From Candidatus Gottesmanbacteria bacterium (GTDB taxonomy: Bacteria > Patescibacteriota > Microgenomatia > UBA10105 > UBA927): 64,000 nucleotides of DNA. The position numbers and the translations under genes are program-made. Under the pieces are notes generated by a model. That model was not told the origin of the DNA. It did not search any database and worked only from the letters and a program-made list of their open reading frames with translations. Location: NCBI GenBank assembly GCA_963711735.1, contig CAVQFA010000003.1:470966-534965 (forward strand). The letters are read 5' to 3'. This document shows, piece after piece, positions 8,901-15,426 of the stretch (positions are counted from its first letter, which is position 1; each line of letters begins with the position of its first letter).

Positions 8901-9099
8901 TGAATTCGGTTTCGTTGCAACTTTGCAATGTTACTACTAATTAGAATTAAATACATCCGTTGTGATGATTGAAAAAATTACTGGTATTAATCTGGGTCTA
9001 TGAGGTAAGGACTTAGTATAGTTGCTATTTTATTGTTTTTAGGTATATACTTTCACTCATTATAAAGTATCTGCCTGCTGCCTCATTTTCTATATCAAT

Positions 9100-10914
9100 A
9101 TGAATGCTAAAACTGAAGTTCCACTAAACACGCATCAGGCTCAATATGTTTCTGAACAATTAACGTCATTTCAACCTGAAAAAGCGAAAGGTACAAATAG
9201 TTTATTAGAATCTCTCTTCAGATCCATAAATACATTAGGAAATGAGTATGCGTTTCTGGCAGCTGCTCAGCTCAACGGTGACTCCGACTATCAAAACATG
9301 ATTGCAGAAAGGGTCATTGCCAAGGAATATCAGCATCTTCAAAAACCAAAGACTATGGACGCATACAATGAAGCGGTTCGGATCGGCAGAGAAACCGAAA
9401 CTGTAAAAAGGGTGTTATTTGCCCGAGTTCTACTGGAACATCCCGAGTCATTCTCTCCGGTCGAACATGAACTATTGGGCGGTGCAGTTATACTTTCCCA
9501 ATACGCGGACACTATATTTTTCGATGAATGGTTGCCAACTATACGTGATAGTGAGATAGGTAAAGCTCTGCATGCACTAGAAGAACAAGCAGCCGGCTCA
9601 TCATTGGGTGTACTACCCGGGACTCCCGATTCAATGCGTTGGTTTACTAGAAAACTCATTGATTCTGACAAACCCATTGAAAAAGATAATATTCAGCTGG
9701 TTCCATATAAAGATGCACTTCCCACTGTTAACAACATGATAGTTTCACTCAGGGAAATGGCTGACAATTTGGAACTGTTAAAACACGAAGGACAGGATGA
9801 TTTCGGGTATGTTGAATATTTCCGGGCATGGGCAGAGTGTCTGGCAGGAGTTGATCCTAATACTCAAAAAGAGAAAGAGGATAATATGTTTATCACCTGG
9901 AGAAGAGTCAATCCTCAAGCGCCTCTGTATTTCGTCGCAATGGCTGAAAATGAATATGAAGATCCAGCTGGAATAGCAATGGTTCCGTCAGTTCGAGCTG
10001 GGGTTTTGGATGAGTCCGATCAAGCACAAAGTCTCAAACTGCAGGAATCAGATTTGAAAAATGTGATCATACAATATACAACAGAACAAAATGTGTTCGG
10101 CGCGGAAAATCTTAAAAGGACAGATACTCACTACCGGATCTGGTCGCTGTTCGGCGGGTCAGATATGCTTTTTGGTATCTCCTCAGAATTTTTACCAAAT
10201 GATCCCGGTATACAAAGTAAAGAAGGAGCAGGGATATTCCCGGACCTTGCCCAGCAGGAAAAAGGGCATTATACACGAGATGTGTTTGCAGAAAAAGTGT
10301 ATCCCGAACCAATTCTCACAATTCTTAGAGATCTAAGATTTTCCTTGCAAGAAGGTTCAATTCATGAAATTCAATCACATGAACTCAATCATTTACCAGC
10401 GGTCACTCTGGAGGCAATTAACGCGATTGGGAAAACCAGAAATCTTCTGGAAGAAGCAAAGGCCACACTGGGAGGTTTAATCGCTCAAATACGAATTCGA
10501 CATAATCAGGATATAGAATTTCAAAAACGGGCAGCTGCAACACTACTTCATGCGGCACCTCGGTATATGGCAATTGACGGAAATCCGACATATCAGGGAT
10601 ATGTCAACGACACGAGGATAGTACTCATTGCAGCAGAAAAAGCAAACATACTAACGTTTAATGAGGCCAACGGATGGAGTCTGGATCTGGACAATACTGA
10701 CAAAATTGTATGGTTTTGGAACTTAATTGAAGAGTTTGTCGCATGGACGTATCACTTGTATGCTGATGTGACAGATGCACCAGTTGAGCAAAGGCCGGGA
10801 ATCGCCCAAAGAAATGCCGGGGAATTGGATACTTGGGTTGGTAAAAAACCTGAACCGGGTAATGATTTAGTAAATGATCGAACTATACGGGCTATAAAAT
10901 CTGCTCTTCAATAA
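9100..10914 (+). CDS. hypothetical cytoplasmic protein (604 aa), cargo gene
   Basis: Long uninterrupted ORF. No SD, no signal peptide and no recognisable domain. Contains a single HELNH (HExxH-like) string. Confidence 0.5.
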   Translation: MNAKTEVPLNTHQAQYVSEQLTSFQPEKAKGTNSLLESLFRSINTLGNEYAFLAAAQLNGDSDYQNMIAERVIAKEYQHLQKPKTMDAYNEAVRIGRETETVKRVLFARVLLEHPESFSPVEHELLGGAVILSQYADTIFFDEWLPTIRDSEIGKALHALEEQAAGSSLGVLPGTPDSMRWFTRKLIDSDKPIEKDNIQLVPYKDALPTVNNMIVSLREMADNLELLKHEGQDDFGYVEYFRAWAECLAGVDPNTQKEKEDNMFITWRRVNPQAPLYFVAMAENEYEDPAGIAMVPSVRAGVLDESDQAQSLKLQESDLKNVIIQYTTEQNVFGAENLKRTDTHYRIWSLFGGSDMLFGISSEFLPNDPGIQSKEGAGIFPDLAQQEKGHYTRDVFAEKVYPEPILTILRDLRFSLQEGSIHEIQSHELNHLPAVTLEAINAIGKTRNLLEEAKATLGGLIAQIRIRHNQDIEFQKRAAATLLHAAPRYMAIDGNPTYQGYVNDTRIVLIAAEKANILTFNEANGWSLDLDNTDKIVWFWNLIEEFVAWTYHLYADVTDAPVEQRPGIAQRNAGELDTWVGKKPEPGNDLVNDRTIRAIKSALQ

Positions 10915-11012
10915 GATAAATCCCTATATATACTCACCTGTGATATTCATCTACGTTGGATCAACGATATTTGATCTTGGAACACGGGTTGTTATAACAG
11001 GAAGAACTTTTA

Positions 11013-11072
11013 ATTTTGTACCCCGTAGCTTATCAAATTAGGACTTATTTTCAATCGATGATTTGATAATAA
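11013..11072 (+). repeat. Degenerate family member (copy C): ttttGTACCCCgtagc followed by a 9-bp-stem hairpin (ttatcaaat...atttgataa)
   Basis: Only the ttttgtacccc word and the upstream TTGGAACAC word are shared, so membership is weak. Confidence 0.25.
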
Positions 11073-11093
11073 TTATTTGGTATCTTCAGTTTG

Positions 11094-11639
11094 TTAATTC
11101 TGAATAGCTTGATCTGCTGGATACTTCCATTGATTTAAGTTTTTTTGAAATACTTGTCCAATATTATTGTGTAAACGAGCAACAACTGTTAGCAAATCTT
11201 CTGGCAAATCAAATGCTAAACCATTTTCAGTACCATAAAGAATTGACCCGTCTTGTGCTGTTACTACTCCGCAATCTAATCCAAAATCACGTTCATCGTT
11301 ACCGGGTATTCGATAAGTAAATTCTGTCTCAGTTGTGTGTGTATTAAAATTAAATAAACCATCAAATGATAATGTATCTGCATCTAAGATTTTTTGATCG
11401 TCTGGTGATAACATCTGTGCTGCCTCTTGAATAATTATTGGATTTAACCAGGCAGCATCAAGATGTGCTGTTAATTCCTTTATACCTTGCTTTCTTTCTG
11501 ATCCTATATCAGATAAATCTGCTTCTTCAAGTCGTGCTTGATCGAGCAATTCAATAGGCAATCCCAATTCTTCCATTCGTGCAATTACCAGGTTTGAGGC
11601 TAGCTCACGAATTTGTTGTGGTATTTCATGATCAGACAT
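11094..11639 (-). CDS. hypothetical acidic protein (181 aa), cargo gene on the opposite strand
   Basis: ORF with a good SD (AAGGAGGAA) immediately upstream on the minus strand (11641-11650). Confidence 0.5.
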   Translation of the reverse strand: MSDHEIPQQIRELASNLVIARMEELGLPIELLDQARLEEADLSDIGSERKQGIKELTAHLDAAWLNPIIIQEAAQMLSPDDQKILDADTLSFDGLFNFNTHTTETEFTYRIPGNDERDFGLDCGVVTAQDGSILYGTENGLAFDLPEDLLTVVARLHNNIGQVFQKNLNQWKYPADQAIQN

Positions 11640-11848
11640 ATTCCTCCTTAGTGAGCAGGAAGGTAATAATAATGATTTTCTTTGAAGAAATCAATGATTA
11701 TAAAAACTAAATCAAGTGCCTAGTTAATTAGACAGCCATCCTTTTCATTAGGGATGGGTTACCAACATAGGGCATAGATTAACTAGATATCTAAGGTTGT
11801 CCTTAAAATATAGAGGCTACTGTAAACGATTGTTGTATCACTTTTATT

Positions 11849-12050
11849 TGGTACCCCCTGCCGGATTGCCGCGATTACTCGACACTCGCCAGCACTAAAG
11901 CTCGTTGACTCGCTAAGTGCTGGTTGGCGAACCTCCGGTTCTCATCTAATGCAGAGTATTGCATAAAAAAATCGGGCGTAAAACCCGATATTTTTATGCA
12001 GTACACGTGTTGGAACCAAATTGGAACATATTTTAATCTCAACCACTTAG
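11849..12050 (+). repeat. Long divergent family member (R0): tRNA-3'-end-like GTACCCCCTGCCGGATT, imperfect hairpin module, palindromic terminator, tail GTACACGTGTTGGAAC...GGAACATATTTT
   Basis: About 75% identical to 13207-13420 over about 200 bp. Hairpin arms differ but keep their pairing (compensatory changes). The terminator is GCATAAAAAAATCGGGCGTAAAACCCGATATTTTTATGC. Confidence 0.6.
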
Positions 12051-12160
12051 ATTTCAATCCGCATTAATAAGAAATTGGTGAATTTGGTTCATAGTATTAA
12101 TTAGATAAATATCTTATAGTTGTTAATGAAAGTATTCATTGATATAATGCTCCAATTATT

Positions 12161-13198
12161 ATGTCGTATGTACCTGAAACTCTTGTATTAACACTTTCCC
12201 GGCAGTGTAATATTGAATGTAGTCACTGTATCGTCGAAGCAGAACCGAGAATATCAGAAGAACTTGATGTCAATATCATTAATTCTTCGCTTAGGCAAGC
12301 AAAGCAAATTGGCATACGAACTGTTTGCATCTATGGTGGAGAACCGTTTCTCCAGACCAGCGGACTTCTTCCTCACACCATACGCCAAACCTTTGCTGAG
12401 GGATTTCCTTTCGTTTCAATCGGAACAAATGGATTTTGGGGAAGAACAGAAGCACAGGCACAAAAAACACTATCCGAGTTGAAAAAGATAGTTAGCTCTT
12501 ATGACGGTATGATTGGTCTTGGCATGTCAGTAGACCGATTCCACCAACCGAGCGTACCACCACAATCAATTGCAAATATAATTTCAGTTCATAGACGTGG
12601 TAATTTCCCAAATATTCGATTAGGAATTCATACGTTCAAAGATCAACCATCATTTGATATTGTCGGACAGGTATATGATCGTGCGATGCGTAATGATTTG
12701 CATATGATCGAGAGTAATGACGCAGGATATATATATCCTGCGTTGAGAGAAGAGTTTATCGAGTTTTCCAGTGAGAACTTTCCCGTCATTAGACGTAATC
12801 TTGATTTACCTGAGGATGCAGATGAAAAGCATATCTTTGAATCACTTGTATTCAATCTTGATGTTTCACATGCAATGCGCGATGTGATGTTACCAAAAAT
12901 AATCGCACGTCAGATGGATATCGGTAACGGATTCGAAAATTACTTGATCTTTCCCAATCATACATATTTATTAGATTTTATTGTTGAGGAAAAAGTACTG
13001 AATGCCGGAAGGGCAAGGATTTCAGGTAATTTAGAAACTGCCCGCGATATGGACTCAGATACTGACTATTTGGTCATCGCTCCAAATGGTCAAGCATATG
13101 CCTATCCTGCTCATATTACCGCAGAATCAGGAATTATTATCGGAAATAAATCACTAAAACAGGTTGTAAGAGAAGTTGAAAACAAATGGTTCTATTAG
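12161..13198 (+). CDS. radical SAM domain protein (CX3CX2C motif C-N-I-E-C-S-H-C); cargo gene
   Basis: Canonical CxxxCxxC cluster at residues 16-23, followed by a glycine-rich SAM-binding segment (CIYGGEPF). No SPASM/twitch Cys cluster. Confidence 0.7.
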   Translation: MSYVPETLVLTLSRQCNIECSHCIVEAEPRISEELDVNIINSSLRQAKQIGIRTVCIYGGEPFLQTSGLLPHTIRQTFAEGFPFVSIGTNGFWGRTEAQAQKTLSELKKIVSSYDGMIGLGMSVDRFHQPSVPPQSIANIISVHRRGNFPNIRLGIHTFKDQPSFDIVGQVYDRAMRNDLHMIESNDAGYIYPALREEFIEFSSENFPVIRRNLDLPEDADEKHIFESLVFNLDVSHAMRDVMLPKIIARQMDIGNGFENYLIFPNHTYLLDFIVEEKVLNAGRARISGNLETARDMDSDTDYLVIAPNGQAYAYPAHITAESGIIIGNKSLKQVVREVENKWFY

Positions 13199-13206
13199 TT
13201 TAAAAA

Positions 13207-13368
13207 GTACCCCCAGTCGGATTCACTGCAAAGCTACGCTTTGAGTGCTCGCCAGCAGTATGACTCGTAAATATGAATTTACTCGTTAACTGCTGGTTAG
13301 CGAACCTTCGGTTCTCACCGACATGGGCATGAAAAAAGCACCCATTAGGGTGCTTTTTTCATGAGTAC
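13207..13368 (+). repeat. Repeat R1, a 162-bp unit 100% identical to 14266-14427. Its first 18 nt (GTACCCCCAGTCGGATTC) match the 3' end of the tRNA-Glu gene exactly
   Basis: Exact identity read from the sequence. Contains an imperfect hairpin (CGCCAGCAGT...ACTGCTGG) and a perfect 16-bp-stem hairpin CATGAAAAAAGCACCC-atta-GGGTGCTTTTTTCATG. A degenerate tail GTACACCTGTTGGGACGATGTTGGAACATATTT follows to about 13420. Confidence 0.9.
13328..13363. terminator. Perfect 16-bp-stem, 4-nt-loop hairpin with A-tract and T-tract arms (bidirectional intrinsic terminator) inside repeat R1
   Basis: CATGAAAAAAGCACCC ATTA GGGTGCTTTTTTCATG. Confidence 0.7.
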
Positions 13369-13471
13369 ACCTGTTGGGACGATGTTGGAACATATTTAGC
13401 CTCAAATATCTAAGTAATATATTTTTTTACGAGAGTATTATTCGGAAAATCAAATATGTTACACTGAATAT

Positions 13472-14260
13472 ATGAGTGAATCTGACATAAAAGTTAATAT
13501 TCAGCCGTCAGAAATTCAGCCTCAATCCGAACAGCCAAAGGAAGCCCGCGCACCAGTCCCCGGAATGAATAAAATAAAGTCATCTCATCTTCAGATAGCA
13601 TTGATGGCACTTCTTCTTATATCGATCACTACAGCAGGATATCTTGGTTATAAGTATTACGTATTCAATAATACATTAACTGTTACGCCGCCACAGCCTG
13701 AACAACCAGTTAAAACCATACCAACAATTACCCCTATTCTGACACCAGTATTTTCAATATCAGTAAATCCCGCTACAGGTCAGAATTTATATTCAAACAC
13801 AACATATGGGTTTAGTTTTGAATATCCTAAGGATTTTGTTATTGAAAATCAAAACCCCCCTAGTATTGGAGTAATGGGTAACAATATTGTCGGGCTCATC
13901 CGAAGATCTATGTACTTCCTGCCTAACTACCTACAAAATATAAGTAGGTATAATGAATATCGAAATCGGTTCACCAATATAAAAAAGCTAAATGTCGGAG
14001 AGTCGTACACATATGAACCAGTAGATACTTTTTTTGAGACGACAACCAGAATAGCTGATATGAAAATCGGAGGAATAACTTCTTATGTTTTTGATGTTCC
14101 TAAGGTTTGGGAAGGGGAAGGACCGTATAGAGAAATATATTTACCCAAAGGTGATGATTATATACAGATATTTTATACGAATTCTAACGATAAAGAAGAT
14201 CCGATTGATTACGTAAAAGGCTTTAACCAGATTCTATCCACTTTTAAATTTACTTATTGA
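13472..14260 (+). CDS. hypothetical membrane-anchored protein (262 aa), cargo gene flanked by the perfect repeats
   Basis: A hydrophobic helix at about residue 40 and a Pro-rich linker. No motif. Confidence 0.5.
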   Translation: MSESDIKVNIQPSEIQPQSEQPKEARAPVPGMNKIKSSHLQIALMALLLISITTAGYLGYKYYVFNNTLTVTPPQPEQPVKTIPTITPILTPVFSISVNPATGQNLYSNTTYGFSFEYPKDFVIENQNPPSIGVMGNNIVGLIRRSMYFLPNYLQNISRYNEYRNRFTNIKKLNVGESYTYEPVDTFFETTTRIADMKIGGITSYVFDVPKVWEGEGPYREIYLPKGDDYIQIFYTNSNDKEDPIDYVKGFNQILSTFKFTY

Positions 14261-14265
14261 TTTTT

Positions 14266-14427
14266 GTACCCCCAGTCGGATTCACTGCAAAGCTACGCTT
14301 TGAGTGCTCGCCAGCAGTATGACTCGTAAATATGAATTTACTCGTTAACTGCTGGTTAGCGAACCTTCGGTTCTCACCGACATGGGCATGAAAAAAGCAC
14401 CCATTAGGGTGCTTTTTTCATGAGTAC
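14266..14427 (+). repeat. Repeat R2, a 162-bp unit identical to R1 that abuts the tRNA-Glu gene and overlaps its 3' end by 4 nt; it includes the tRNA's terminator
   Basis: 100% identical to 13207-13368. Its terminal GTAC is the start of the genuine tRNA 3' segment. Confidence 0.9.
14388..14423. terminator. Perfect hairpin terminator immediately downstream of tRNA-Glu (minus strand), also able to act on plus-strand transcripts
   Basis: Same sequence as 13328-13363. Confidence 0.7.
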
Positions 14428-14498
14428 CCCCAGTCGGATTCGAACCGACGGTCTACACGTTGAGAACGTGTCGTCCTAGGCCGCTAGACGATGGGGGC
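14425..14498 (-). tRNA. tRNA-Glu, anticodon CUC
   Basis: Reverse complement GCCCCCAUCGUCUAGCGGCCUAGGACGACACGUUCUCAACGUGUAGACCGUCGGUUCGAAUCCGACUGGGGGUA folds as a cloverleaf (GUCU D-stem, ACACG/CGUGU anticodon stem, loop UUCUCAA, T-arm GUCGG-UUCGAAU-CCGAC). Close to E. coli tRNA-Glu. CCA is not encoded, and pair 1-72 is G.U. Confidence 0.85.
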
Positions 14499-14610
14499 GT
14501 TCCATACTAGTATACCTTATATTATATATGAGAAAAAGGGCTATAGCCGGCGGGTTTACCGGGGAAAAGATGAGTGGGTCATTAAATGTAATAATAATTG
14601 CAGGTTAGAC

Positions 14611-14639
14611 TTGACACAACAATCGAAATTGTCTACACT
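14611..14639 (+). promoter_or_regulatory. candidate sigma70 promoter TTGACA-17 bp-TACACT upstream of greA
   Basis: Exact -35 hexamer, a 17-bp spacer and a TAnnnT -10. Followed by an approximately 85-nt leader containing a CCCTGgataGGGTA hairpin. Confidence 0.4.
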
Positions 14640-14727
14640 TAAAAAGTAATATTCATACCCTGGATAGGGTAAAGAATTTATTTTACCTCCCTGACATAAT
14701 TATGAAAGGGGAGATTTTTTTGACCAT

Positions 14728-15192
14728 ATGGATATCAATCAACCAAAAATACTGACAAAAGAAGGTCTTGCTGAGCTTAAACAGGAACACGAAGAACTCG
14801 TAACCGTTAAACGGCCCTCCATTGTGACCCGTCTGGCTGACGCACGGGAACTTGGAGATCTTTCCGAAAACAGCGAATACGCTGCAGCAAAGCAGGATTT
14901 ATCATTCATAGACGGACGCATTACCGAACTTGAAGAGTTACTTCATGGTGCAAAGATCGTTACAAGCCACAAAAAGGGATCCGTCGACGTGGGGTGCAAA
15001 GTTACCCTTCATATCAACGGGAAAAAAGAAGTATTTACCGTTGTCGGTGAATGGGAAGCAGATCCGACGCAGAAAAAGATTTCAAATTCTTCACCGCTTG
15101 GCAAGGCACTCATTGGGAAAAAGCCCGGCGATAAAGTCGAGGTGGAAGCTCCTGCGGGAACGCTTTTGTATAAAATTCTGCACATCGAATAA
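14728..15192 (+). CDS. greA: transcription elongation factor GreA
   Basis: N-terminal coiled-coil LTKEGLAELKQE...LGDLSENSEYAAAK and a C-terminal FKBP-like domain. SD GGGGAG upstream. Confidence 0.9.
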   Translation: MDINQPKILTKEGLAELKQEHEELVTVKRPSIVTRLADARELGDLSENSEYAAAKQDLSFIDGRITELEELLHGAKIVTSHKKGSVDVGCKVTLHINGKKEVFTVVGEWEADPTQKKISNSSPLGKALIGKKPGDKVEVEAPAGTLLYKILHIE

Positions 15193-15208
15193 TCAGACTG
15201 ATTACAAC

Positions 15209-15240
15209 AAAACCCCGCACATGCGGGGTTCATTTTTTTA
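15209..15240 (+). terminator. Rho-independent terminator after greA (AACCCCGCAcatGCGGGGTT plus T7)
   Basis: GC-rich stem followed by a T-run. Confidence 0.7.
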
Positions 15241-15426
15241 AATGGATAGTTAGCGGGCAAATTCATATTTGCGGGCTTACTGACCATTTATCCGGCACAT
15301 AGGTGCCGGAAACAATATGTAATAACGTAAGCATATATACACACAGTGGTGTATATAGGAATCAATATTAATACTTTCATGTATAGGAAGTATTGATGGT
15401 GTTAATATACAATATAGGAACTACGT

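Noticed and set aside
11875-12057. 60-aa ORF inside repeat R0
   Set aside because: It lies entirely within the structured repeat and terminator module, has no SD, and the equivalent region in R1/R2 has no matching ORF.
13207-14427. CRISPR array, or an integron attC array
   Set aside because: The repeats are 162 bp, which is too long, and lie 1 kb or more apart with protein-coding genes between them, so this is not CRISPR. Integron R'/R'' core sites (GTTRRRY/RYYYAAC) are not convincingly present (GTTGGAAC and GTTCCAAC do not fit), and no intI is in the window. It is therefore not called an integron, although an attC-like folded-site function remains possible.
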